64,000 nucleotides of DNA from Cyanophora paradoxa CCMP329 (lineage: Eukaryota > Plantae > Glaucophyta), in NCBI GenBank assembly GCA_004431415.1, contig QPMI01000436.1, positions 248,001 to 312,000 of the forward strand. Direction: 5' to 3'. The position numbers and the translations under genes are program-made. Below, in pieces: positions 1 through 11,900 of this stretch (position 1 is the stretch's first letter; each line of letters opens with the position of its first letter). The notes beneath the pieces were generated by a model. That model had not been told where the DNA came from. It worked only from the letters and a program-made list of their open reading frames with translations, and searched no databases.

Positions 1-629
1 CTGAAACGCTTTCTACATGCTTTCCTGCCCCTATATGCATATGACGGATCAAATTGATTTCCTTTCGGCCGGTCGACGTCGCTGCAGAAGAACTCGGCCG
101 CGGGCGAGCGCTGCTCTCTGCTTCGCTGCTTCCTGCCTGTAGTGCGGAGCGAATGAGCGGGGAGGTGTTATAAATTATATATTGATGCCGCGGAAGGGGT
201 ACGGGCGTACGTGTGATCCGCTAGCCAGGCTGGAACAGCGATGGTCACTGGCTCCGGGCTTCCGCCAGCTTCCTGGCCCAATTGCAAGAGGCGCGGCACC
301 GTCAGAAGCCGCTGCGCATGCTCGGGTGGGCGGGGCAGGGACGGCACCGCGATCAGCCTTCCCGGCCGCCGTTGCTGCAGCTACAGCAACGTCTAACCCA
401 CTGCACCGCCAGTCGAATTCAGTCAGTCATTTCATTCAGTGGATCTCGGAGGGCCGGGGCGACGCACAGTATACGTAGAGCTCTTTGCCGGCGGATGCGT
501 GCTGCACGGCCAGCGTCAGCGTTGGATCCGCTCCAAAAACTTTTCAATTGAAAACGGCAGAGGGGGAGGGGGGGGGGAGGGGCGAAAAAACGGCAGCGTT
601 GGATCCGCTCCAAAAAACGGCGGACGAAG

Positions 630-1625
630 CAAGCTAGGGGGGGAGGCCAGGGGGGGAGGGGCGGGACGAAGAAAGCTCGCACGGCCGCGGACGGTTGAGC
701 AGCGTGTTCGCTGGGAGGCGCCCTCGGGCCCGTGGCGGCGCTGCAGCGCGCCAGCGGCGCGCCGGTGGGGGCGCCCATGGGGGGCTCGGGGAGGACGATG
801 GCGGCGGCCAGGCAGGCCTGACCGACGTCCTAGGGGGGTACCGGGGCCCCCCAGCACCTCCAGCAGCGCCCTGTGCATCGCCCTGCGCGCCCGGGGTTGA
901 GGGGGGTACGCCGAGTCCAGTTGTGGGGGGGTACGGGCCTGCTGGCGTGGCTGGGGAGCTCGCTGGCGTGGCTGGGGAGCTCGTGGAAGAAGAGGTCGCC
1001 GAGCCGGCCACCAGAGGCACGTCTGCCGGAGCGGCGCCGGCATCGGGGCGGGGTACGAGGCGCCGCGCCGGGTTCGGGAGGGGTACGGCGCACTGGAGAC
1101 GAGGGAGGAGAGGAGTTCGGGGATGTGTACGAGGGCAGGGAGGGGCGGCGGGGGCGCGCCCTGCGGCTCCGTCAGAGGGCGCGGGGCGGGGCGGGGCGGG
1201 GGGCGGGCGGGAGGGGTCCGAGCGCCTGCATGGCGATGGCGCAGTCTCAGGCGCCGGCCGCGTGCGCCCGGAAGAGGGGCGTGAAGGAGGCCGCCCCGGG
1301 ATCTGCCCCCGCCCCGCCCCGTCAGGCCCCGCGAGGGACGGGCGGGCGGGGCGGGGCAGGCCGAGGAGGGCAACGAGGGAGAAGCGGGCGGGGTGGGCGG
1401 TGGGGGCGGCGAGGAGCGGGGAGTCGACGCGGTGGCGGTGGAGGAGCTGCAGGGCGAGGGCTGCGGGGGCGTCGGCGTGCGCGAAGAGCCTCGCGTAGAT
1501 CAACGAAAGCTCGCTCGGGCGCACGGGAGATCCAAGCCGCTGAGCTTCCTCCGTTGAATCAGCGGATCGGGCGGAGTCTCAGCGGCCAGATGTAGATCGT
1601 GCGCTTTCCTACCGACTTCAACCAT
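630..1625 (-). pseudogene. Degenerate hypothetical gene fragments
   Basis: Exon-like pieces (MVEVGRKAHDLHL..., GDLFFHELPSHASELPSHAS with a 21-bp duplication, MHRALLEVLGG) between GTGCGC..GCAG-like introns; no consistent frame, no recognisable domain. Confidence 0.25.
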
Positions 1626-2438
1626 CGATACTATATATGATATCTGCGCCCCCCGCGCACCGGCGTCGGCCGCCGCGCCACGGATCTTCCAACTGACCCG
1701 GTGACCCCCCACGCGTCGCAGCTAGCGCGGTCCAACCCCCGAGCTCCGGCGCCCCGGTGGCGGCTCCCGGTCACGCCGGTGCGCATCCCTCGCCGCTCGC
1801 TTCGTCTCAGACGCTTCGTCTCTCAGACGCTCACACGGCTCGACCGGGGACGCGGCAAGGTGCGATACCGGGTACCGACCTTATCTCAGAGTCTAATTAT
1901 ATAATTATAACACGCTGAGAACGTTGGTTGCGCTTGCGAGCGACCTGGCTGCGCGGAAGCCGCAAGACGGTGCACGCGAGATGGGTCGCGCGCGGGGAGC
2001 TAGCGCAAAGCCGTCATGATCATAGGTGCTGCCCGCGGCCACCATGCTACTGGGGGCTAGGAGCGTGTCGGCGCCGCCGAGCACCGCGCAGGGCGCTGCT
2101 GTCGGCGAGAGGCGCTGCTGCCGGATGCTGTTGCAATTTGGACTTTTTTTCCAGTTGACCAGCCGGGCTTTGCAGCCTATTGCAGGGGCTTCGCGAGCAG
2201 TGAGAGCCAAAATCGACAATAAAATACGATTGCCGGCGCGGCTATACCAGATATTTGAATTCTGCGTGTAAAATATATATGTTTTCCGGATATCGATCTA
2301 TCCTTCTGGTGTCTAGAGACTGTGGCCGGTAATTCACCAAAAACAAATATCCTTCTGGCATTAATATTTTAAACATTGCCGTGCCGGCGGAGACCTGATA
2401 CAGACCAGAGGCTGCACTGCCCCGGGGCAGGAATGTTT

Positions 2439-4327
2439 ATTCAAAACCATGGCGATTTAACTACTCCAGGCCCTGAGGTACTCCTACAGTAATTAGCTCC
2501 GAGGAGTCCGAGCCAGGCGAGCCTCCGACTCTAATTATAAGCTCCGGAATCCGGCCCGGCAACTTGGCAACTCGGCGGCAAGTCGGCGGCAACGGCCCGG
2601 CCGGCGGCCGGCCCGGTGGCGCCGGCCCGGCGGGCCGGCGGCGGCGGCGGCGCCGGGCGGCGCCGGCGCCGCCCGCCGGGCGCGGGGCGCCGGCGGGCGG
2701 CCGGCGCCGCCGGGCGGGCCGGGGCCGCCGGGCGGGCCGGGGCGGCCGGGCCGGGGCCGGCCCGGGCGGGCGCCCGGCCCGGCGGCCCGGCGGCCGCGGG
2801 CGGGCGCGCGGCGCGCGCGTGGCGCCGCGCGCGGCGGCGGCCCTCCCGCGGCCGCGAGACGGCGCGAGTCCGGACTCCGGAATCCAGATTCCGCCGAGTC
2901 CGGTGACTCCGGTCCAATATTTAATTTCCGAAGTTCCGGAGTCCGGACTCGGGGAACTTCGGAATCGACGGGGATCCGGCCCGGCGGATTCCGGACTCTG
3001 CCAGTGAGTAGGCTTGCGGAGTCAATGCGGAGTCATTGCGGACTCGGCGCCGAGTCCGACGGTCGGCGGACTCGCGCTCCGGACTTCCGGTCCGTAAGTT
3101 CCGGACTCCGCCGGCCGGCCCGGGCCGGGAGGACCGGCCCGCGGGACTCGCGACCGTTCGGAATCGCGAGTCGCGACTCCGTTCGGACTCGCGAGCCTCA
3201 AGCTCGGAGTCGCGACTCCGACTCGGCGAGTCTCAGCACGCGGCAGCACACATGCACAGTAACAGTAACAGTAACAGTAACACTGTGACAGTCACTGAGT
3301 AACAGTAACAGTAATTATAACCAGCCTAGTAGTAGGCTAGTACTACCTCAGTACTACTACTGCCGTGGTGCTAAATTGCCGAATTCAGCCTCTCGGCAAT
3401 TTACGGCAATTCAAAACCATGGCGATTTAACTACTCCAGGCCCTGAGGTACTCCTACAGTAATTAGCTCCGAGGAGTCCGAGCCAGGCGAGCCTCCGACT
3501 CTAATTATAAGCTCCGGAATCCGGCCCGGCAACTTGGCAACTCGGCGGCAAGTCGGCGGCAACGGCCCGGCCGGCGGCCGGCCCGGTGGCGCCGGCCCGG
3601 CGGGCGGCGGCGGCGGCGGCGCCGGGCGGCGCCGGCGCCGCCGCCGGGCGCGGGGCGCCGGCGGGCGGCCGGCGCCGCCGGGCGGGCCGGGGCCGCCGGG
3701 CGGGCCGGGGCGGCCGGGCCGGGGCCGGCCCGGGCGGGCGCCCGGCCGGCGGCCCGGCGGCCGCGGGCGGGCGCGCGGCGCGCGCGTGGCGCCGCGCGCG
3801 GCGGCGGCCCTCCCGCGGCCGCGAGACGGCGCGAGTCCGGACTCCGGAATCCAGATTCCGCCGAGTCCGGTGACTCCGGTCCAATATTTAATTTCCGAAG
3901 TTCCGGAGTCCGGACTCGGGGAACTTCGGAATCGACGGGGATCCGGCCCGGCGGATTCCGGACTCTGCCAGTGAGTAGGCTTGCGGAGTCAATGCGGAGT
4001 CATTGCGGACTCGGCGCCGAGTCCGACGGTCGGCGGACTCGCGCTCCGGACTTCCGGTCCGTAAGTTCCGGACTCCGCCGGCCGGCCCGGGCCGGAGGAC
4101 CGGCCCGCGGGACTCGCGACCGTTCGGAATCGCGAGTCGCGACTCCGTTCGGACTCGCGAGCCTCAAGCTCGGAGTCGCGACTCCGACTCGGCGAGTCTC
4201 AGCACGCGGCAGCACACATGCACAGTAACAGTAACAGTAACAGTAACACTGTGACAGTCACTGAGTAACAGTAACAGTAATTATAACCAGCCTAGTAGTA
4301 GGCTAGTACTACCTCAGTACTACTACT
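2439..4327. repeat. ~970-bp-period direct duplication (2439-3361 and 3409-4327)
   Basis: Both copies start ATTCAAAACCATGGCG and end CCTCAGTACTACTACT; near-identical apart from small indels, mostly in the GC-only core. Confidence 0.95.
3362..3459 (-). mobile_element. Half copy of MITE family A
   Basis: Reverse complement matches the AATTGCCGTAAATTGCCGAGAGGCTGAATT core of 26181-26395; ends CCTACAG+TA (same end also at 2489). Confidence 0.65.
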
Positions 4328-4528
4328 TAGTAGTACTACCTCAGTACTAGCCTGAGTACCAGACTACTAGCCCTAGTAGCCCTAGTAGTAGGCTTACTTT
4401 GGTAGGTACCACCGTACCAGGGTAGGGCAATTGGGGGCAATTGGGGGCCTGGACGCTGCCAGTACTAGTGGGGCCGGGGCCAGTGCAGCTGGCATCATGG
4501 CATGCATATGCGCAGTACCGTAGCTATA

Positions 4529-4753
4529 CTGTAGGAATGCTTTTTTAGCCGATGTTTTAAATTGCCGTATATTGCCGAGAGGCCGAATTCGGCAATTGTA
4601 AGCCACGGCAATTCTGAGGGGGTAGGGCTAAACGACCGCTTTTGTATGGCGCTATAGAGCGGAAATCTGGATTCGGCAATTTATCGCCACGGCAATTCCG
4701 GTTTCGGTCGAATTCGGCAATTTAACTACGCGGCAATTTAAGCAATCCTACAG
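4529..4753. mobile_element. MITE family A, Tc1/mariner-type (TA TSD)
   Basis: TIR CTGTAGGAATGCTT / AAGCAATCCTACAG, TA on both sides, internal (AATTGCCG/CGGCAATT)n; homologous copy at 26181. Confidence 0.9.
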
Positions 4754-5035
4754 TAGTACTACTAGGCTACTAGGCTAGCCCGGCCGCTAGCTATAGCCTA
4801 TAGACTATAGGACCAGTAGTATAGGTGCATCGATATATCGAGCTGAAGCTCCACGGGCCACGCGGTCTCCACTGACTCTCCAGTGACTCTCCACCCGGCC
4901 CGTGTGTGACCCGGGTCGGAGACTCGGAGTCCGAGGCTCCGGGCGCTAGAGGCGCGCCGCGGTAGTGCGCGTACCGGTTTCGCCCAGCAGCCGCTGAGCT
5001 CGAGCCAGCTGCAGCAGTTGCCGCAACGAACATCC

Positions 5036-7502
5036 ATGGCGAAGAAGCTCATGATGAATTGCAAGCAAGCGAGCGCGGCCCGCTCCTCGGAGGCCGCGAC
5101 CCTAGTTCTCGCCGCCGTCCTCGCCTGCGCGCTGCCTTGGGGCGTCTGGGCTGGCTCCAGCTTCGACTCGCCCGACATCGCAGCCTTCGCGGTGCGCATG
5201 CGCGCAACTTCGCATGCGCAGCGCAAAATCAATCATGATACCGATATCGATGAGAGCGCGCGCAGGTGAGCGCAACGGAGATCAACGTGACGCTAACGAA
5301 GGTCGGGGGGACCGCCGGCCTCCGGGCCGGCAACGCCTCGTGCGGGCCATCCCTGGGCGTTGTCGCCTCGTGGAACAGCACTGGCGTCGTCCTCGACGCC
5401 AGCGCGACCGGCAAGTGGACCACGATCGTCGGCGGGCTCCAGCCGGACACCACGCGCGCATTTTGGTGTCGCTTCAGTTTGAAGCTCCTTCTCTAATCCC
5501 GTAACTGCACAGATACGTTTGCTGGGGCAAGCAGCAGAACACTTACAGCCCGCCGAAGTGGAGCAAGGTCGACAACCCCTCCTCGACACGGACAACCTCC
5601 TCGTCAGCGGCACGAACGAGTGGGAGCGCGACGGCAAGCGCGTCAACGTCACGACGCTCGCCCTGCCCCCGACGCCTCCCCAGCCCCAGGCAAGCTCCAC
5701 GTTGGATTTCGAATTCCAATGCGATCGCTTTGGATTTCACGCATCTAATCAGTGCGCGCGCGCAGTCCCTCCCCGTCCCGTCCCGTCCCCGTCCCGTCCC
5801 TTCGCCTTCGCCTTCAGCGACCCGTCCCCGAGCCTTCGTACGTTCCCTTTAGATTCGCCCGTTCGACCCCTAGGCCTTCTCTGGCCTCTAACCCAAGGCT
5901 TTGTTCGATGTGAATCGCCCGGCGGCCGCAGAGCTAGCTCCACGCCTAGCCCGAGGTACATACATCTGGCCCGTTTCACCTCGTAATATATATATGCTCT
6001 GATTACACCCGTACTCAGCCCCTCGGAGGTGCCTATGACAACGCGACGGCGGCGCCCACCCCACGGCCGTCCATCGAATCCGACACCGGCCCGACCCCGC
6101 CCGGCCACCCCGTCTCCCACCCACTGGTGCGTTTAATTTATATTATTCGACAAATTCAATGATCGATGATTTCATTACGGCTGACGGGACACGTGCGCAT
6201 GCGCTGCGCACGCTGCAGCCGCCGCTGCCCAGACCGTGCAGATCATCATCCAGGGCTTCTCCGTGAGTCCTTCTTTCTTTTCACGATTCTGCAGCCCGGC
6301 GGCCGCTGCTTTATTTTGGGTTCGAGCTCATATATTTACGTTGACAGTTCAACACGTCCGTGGCGACGCGCCAGCCGGACGGCTCCTACAAAGTGCAGCT
6401 CCCGCCGCCGCCGTCCAGGCCCGCAGGTGCGCATGCCCCGCGCGCCCCATTATGCAAAGAAAGCTCAGAGCGAAACTGACTCTGGCCCTCGGCCTTTTCT
6501 GCAGACGGGCAGCAACGGCTTCTCGGTCATCCAGGCCCGGAACCTGCCGGTCAGAATTCAATCTGAGCCCATGCAAAATGTATGCTCAACATATGCATAC
6601 GTAATGTTTCACAGGCCGGGGAGCGCATCAAGATTCTGATCGTGGACCCGGCGACGGGCCAGACGGTCGATGCCGAGGGCGAGGAGGTCACGGGCAACGA
6701 GATCCGCTTCCGTGCGCTTTCTTTTGCCTTTGATTAATGGCCTCCGATCCAATTCAAATGACGATTCTGACTTCTCTCCGATCCGGTGCGCAGTGGCGCC
6801 GAAGCGCCCGGGGGCCCGCCGCGCGCTGCGCGCCTTCACCACCGGCAACCGCGTGCGTTCACTATATCAACGCCTCAGCTCCAGGGCGCCTTTCGTTTCG
6901 TCTCGCCGTCTATATTGCGCCCATTACAGCTTCATTCAAGCCCGATCTCGCATTACAGCTTCATTTGAGCATATAGTTTCTCATTTAATCGAAGGTTTTC
7001 GACTCGCGATATCGCTCACGTTAACATTCAAGAGCGCAGTACGACCTCCGGATCGAGAGCGACGCGGCGCCGCCCGCCTTCGCGCCCCTCGTCCTCGGCG
7101 GCGCCTTCGTCGTGCGCATGCGCCCCCGGACAGGCACTAGCTTGATCTTTGGGACATAGCGAAATTAAATACTCAGATCTCTGATGATCATGATGAGACA
7201 TTCTAACTCATTCAAGCCATGTTCATTATGACCAACTGCGAGAATATTAATAGTATGTACTCACATCAGTGACTCACATCGCGTCGCAGTGGACCCCGAC
7301 GGCCGCGGCGGCCGCGGGTATCCCGTACGTCTCCGCCGCCGCCGCCGCTTCCGCCGCCTCGGTCCGCCCTCCGGACCGGCTTCCTTGAGCTTCGAATTTC
7401 AATCTGACCGTCGGACCCGGGGGGCGTCTCGCGCAGGGCCTCGCGATCGGCTTCGTCCTGAGCCTGGTCGGGGCCGCGGTCGGCCTCCTCGCGCTCCTCT
7501 GA
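5036..7502 (+). CDS. Multi-exon secreted/surface protein, FN3-like N-terminal domain, hydrophobic C-terminal tail (GPI-signal-like)
   Basis: N-terminal hydrophobic LVLAAVLACALPWGVWA; FN3-like GLQPDTT|YVCW; Pro-rich linker; ends GIPYVSAAAAASAAS|GLAIGFVLSLVGAAVGLLALL*. Apparent 1-nt frameshift at the C-run 5576-5579. Confidence 0.65.
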
Positions 7503-7707
7503 TCATGAGCCGATTCTCGACGTTGCAAATTGAAGCTATATCGATCTGTCCACGTCGATCCGATGATCGTTAATAAACAGTACGAGTGAAGGTAGCTGCA
7601 TGCTTCGAATTCAGCTAATTATAATCAGCCAGCCACGTTTTCGAGTTTTTCGTTTCGCTTTCGATTTCAATCCGCATTCTCGTAAATATAGTATTTCGAT
7701 TTTAATT

Positions 7708-7828
7708 TTTTTTTTTTTTTTAAAGATCTACGGCGGGCGTACCCACTCGTAGTACACAACGAGGATACAAGTCACGGTATCAGGAATCACGGGGATTCGA
7801 AGTACAACGAAGCGGAAACAGTAGGAAC
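7708..7828 (-). mobile_element. 5'-truncated poly(A)-tailed retroposon insertion
   Basis: Poly(T) at 7706-7721; 11-bp TSD CGATTTTAATT at 7697-7707 and 7829-7839; terminal hairpin CTACGAGTGGG-TACG-CCCGCCGTAG just before the tail. Confidence 0.8.
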
Positions 7829-8407
7829 CGATTTTAATTGCATTCCGCTGTATCAAAGCAGTATTTAGATGTGACTAAAAGGCTTTGCAGCCAACGCTCT
7901 TCAAGTACCAGGCTTTGTGATTGGCTGAATAAAGTGCACGCCCGGCGGCCGGCCGCCGCCGGGCCGGGCTGCTCATGATCATGATCCGATGATCGGCGCG
8001 CCGCAGCGTTGCATGCGCGACGTCGACGTTGCAATTGTGGGCCTAATCAAGTCTAACAATTGCAATATGTGCCGGGGCGCTTAGCCTTGACCGGTACCAC
8101 GCGTGTGCATGCGCACGTGCGCAGCCTCTACTAGGCTAATTTGCAATTGCCTGCAACGCCGGCTTCTAATCATGATCACCGCCTGGGATTTCCCGGAGTC
8201 CGGCCGCGCAGAGCTTTCGAGGCTCAAATGCAGCGCATGCTTTTTTATTTAGCAATATTGACCGCCGGAATTTAGCAATATAGACCGCCGTGTGTGACGG
8301 CGTTATCATCATAGTATCGATATCCATAAGCATATATATCCAGTACCTCGGTATCCATGGGATGCCGGCGCCACGCCCAAGACTCAAACATGGTTCGACG
8401 TCCGGAT

Positions 8408-8929
8408 CTAGAGGCGGGCGGCGCCCTCGGGGCTTGCCCCCTGCCCCCGCGCCAGGTCGCCGACGACGGCGGCGACGGAGGCGGCGGCGACGAGGGCCCC
8501 GGCGCAGGCCATTCCGACCGCGAGCGAGGTCCGCAGGGGCCCCGCCCGCGGCCCGCAGATCCGCGCGTAGAAGAGCGGCGGAAGGATCGTCGTCTGCAGC
8601 GAGATCGCCCTGCGGAGGGCCGGGATCGAATCGTGTCAGATCGAATCAGATCAGATCAGATCAGATCAGATCTGATCTGAGCGCACAAGGACCCGACGAG
8701 GCTCGTGAAGAGAGCGAATCTGAGGCGAGAACGATCACCCGAGAATAAACTCAGGATGGAACGCTGAAGGGGGGGTACGCACGAGTCCGTGAAGAGGGCG
8801 GCGCAGGCGGCGGTGGTGAGGACGATGCCGGCGCGCAGGGCGGCCACCAGCGGCGCCGGCGCCGGCGCGCCCTCCGCCTTGTGGGGCAGCAGGAGCGCGG
8901 AGAGGGAGAGCACGAGGGTAGGCCACCTG

Positions 8930-8962
<33 letters not shown>

Positions 8963-11900
8963 AGGGGCGCGCTCAGCAGAAGGAAGGGACAGGAAGGGAA
9001 GGGCAAGGGGAAGGCAGGAAGCCCGACCCCTAGGCGGCTGGAGGGGAGGTAGGCAGGCGGCTGGGGAAGGCAGGAAGCCCAACCGGGGGCGGCGCCGGAG
9101 GAGGGGAAAAGGAGGCTGGGTGCGGGCGTCGTGGGGGAGGGTGCGGGCGCCCGGGGGGACGGGATGGGGGGCGGGGAGGGGGGGAGGGCGGTGGGGCGGG
9201 CACATGTACACGATGGGTCCAGTGGGGAGAGGAGGGGGGGAGGGGAGAGGAGGGGTAAAGGGGCAGGGAGGGGAAACGAGGGGTACGCGGGGGCGTCGTC
9301 GAAATATAGTGGGGGGCGCCGTCTAAAAAGCACATATTTAGTGGGGTGCGGGGCGCACGATGGGCGTCGTGAGAGCGACGACGGCGCTCATGCTCAGCTG
9401 AGCGCCCCGCGTCAGCTGCCGGGGAGGGAGAGAGGGAGGGAGGGGGAGGAATGGGGGGGGAGGGGGGGAAGAGGCGGGGGGGACAGCTAGATCGAAGGCT
9501 AGACGGAGACCCAACAGCGGAACGGGAAGGATCCGAGGGGGGGGGGGGGGGGGCAGGGGGTACGCGCACCTGGACGGCGGCGGCGATGTAGCCCTCGGTG
9601 ATGTTCAGAACGACGATCTGCTGCGTGGCTGCGCGCGCGGCGGGGGCGCGGGGGCGCGTCACGCGTGCCCACAAGGGCGAGGTGGGGGAGGGACTGGGCA
9701 ATATATCGACGGAGGCTGGACTCCGCGCAAGGCTAGACACAGGCTTCAAAGAGGCTTCTAATGAAGGCTGAAGACTTCTCACTGCAAAGGCTTCTAATTG
9801 AAAAAGGGGCACCGGAGCCGAAGGCGGCGTAGGCGGCGACGGAGAACGAAGCGTAGAAGGCCAGCACCTGGGGGGGAGGGGGGGGGGGGGGGGTCGGTCA
9901 GCGGAGGGAGGGAGGGAAGGGAAGAGGAAACGTGAAAGAGGGGGGGGGAAGCCGAGGGGGAAGGCGCTCGCCCGGCCCGGTGTCGTGGGGACGCGGGGGA
10001 AGGTGGGGAGGGGGAGGTGGGGGGTGGGGGGCAGGGGGCTGGGGGGGAGGGCGGGGAGGGGAAAGCGGGGGGGTCGGGGCGGGGTCGGGGCCGGGGCGGG
10101 GGCCCGCACGACGGCGATCTAAGATCCCTCTCTAAGATCTTAAGTACGAAAGGGCGCGGGCGCACGACGGCCTCCTACGTTCTCGAGGGCCCGGCCCGGG
10201 GCTTCGAGAAGGCTTCTAAGATCTAAGATCAATTGATCTCTAAGATCCCTCTAAGATCTTAGAGGATCTTAGAGGAGGTTCAGATCTTAAGACCTCGACT
10301 GCGCCTGGGGGGGCGGCCTCAGAGGGCGCACGAGGGCGATGGCCGGCGCCCAGTCTTAAAGTCTAACATCTAAGCTTCTTTCTAACATCCTTTCCTTAAG
10401 CTTCTAGCATCCTTTCCTTAAGCTTCTGAACTTATGATTCGGAAAGGGGGCGGGCGCACGAGGGCGATGGCCGGCGCCCAGTCTTAACGTCTAACATCGA
10501 AGCTTCTTTCTAACATCCTTTCCTTAAGCTTCTAGCATCCTTAAGCTTCTGAACTTATGATTCGGAAAGGGGGCGGGCGCACGAGGGCGATGGCCCGGTC
10601 GAGGACGCGCCCGAAGGCGCCGCGGCCCTCCCCCATCGCGGCCTCCATCGGCAGGATCTGAGGGCGGGGCGGGGCGGCGAGCTCGAGGAAGGCGGGGCGG
10701 GGCGGAGGCGGGGCGGGGTCGGGCCTCGGTCTAGGCCGTCTTAAAGGGCGCCTCGAAGGGCGGTGTGTTGGGCATGGAGGGGCGGCGCGGGGCATGGGGC
10801 AAAGACAGGGCGGGCGGGGCGGGGGAGAAAAGGGAAGAAAGGGAGTGGGGGGGGGGGGGGGGGGGGGGAAGCTTGAGCCCCCCCAGCCCTGGCGTGCGCT
10901 CTCGTCTGGGGTCGGGGCGGGCGGGCGAACGGCTCGAGCTGAAGCCTTTGACCTTAGCCCAGCCAGAGGAGGGCAGGCGGGGCGCGCGGGGCGGGATACA
11001 AGGACGGGGCAGCCTAAAGCTATGCCTAAGGGTGGCCGGGCGGGTGCGGGGCGGGGCGGGGCGGGGCAAGGCCGGGATGGGGCGGGCTGGAGAGGCTTCT
11101 AAGCTCTTGAGCCCCCTAAAATTATAATTAAAAGCGCTCGCTTGACTTGTAGCCTGGGGCAGGCGGGGGCGGGCGGTGCGGGGCGGGGGCGGGGCGGGGG
11201 GGGCGGGGCGGGAGGCCAGGACGGAGAAGACTAAAGCTAAGCCCGAGGGGGCCCAGGGTGGGGCGCGGCGGGGCGGGTGCGGGCGAACGGTCGTCTGAAC
11301 GGTGAAGGAGAAGGTGGCCACGCCGAAGAAGACGCCGGCCCCGCCCCACACCGCCAGCGCCGGCGGCTCCCCCGGGCCCTCTGCCGGGGGGGAGGGAGGG
11401 GGAGTGAGGGGGGGGTAAGGGGTGGGGTTTGAGGGGGCGGGGGGTTGGAGGGGGGCGGGGGGGAGGGGATAGGGATAGGGGAGGCGAGGCGGGACGGAAC
11501 GGGGGTAGGTGACCGTTGCGTTTCTAAGAGGAGGGGGAGGGGAAGCAAAGGTCTGGCAAAGCGGCGGAAAGAGTGAGGGGCAAGTCTCCAGCAAAGCCGG
11601 GAGGGGCGGGGGGGGGGGGGGGAGGGGAGGGGGAGGGGAGGGGGAGGGGGATAGGCCCTTTCCCAGGGGCCAGGGGCGGGGGCGAGGAGTTGGGCTGGGC
11701 GCCGGGGAAGGAGGGAGAGGGACAGAGGGGAGAGAAGGGGCGGGGGGCGTGGGGCCCAGCACGGAAGAGAGGAGGGGGGGAGGGAGGGGAGTGGGGGGGA
11801 AGGGGGGGGGGAGGGTGGGCGGGGGTAGGTACCGCGGGACTGGGACTCCTCGTACCCGGCGGCGAGGACGGCGGCGCAGCTCGCGAACAGAACGACGTTC

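Noticed and set aside
3257-3315. (CAGTAA)n as telomeric repeat
   Set aside because: Short, interstitial and not a G-rich telomere type; better explained as a microsatellite or footprint tract.
2531-4254. Arg/Gly/Ala-rich ORFs in the duplication
   Set aside because: Open in many frames only because GC-only DNA lacks stop codons; the copies differ by frameshifting indels.
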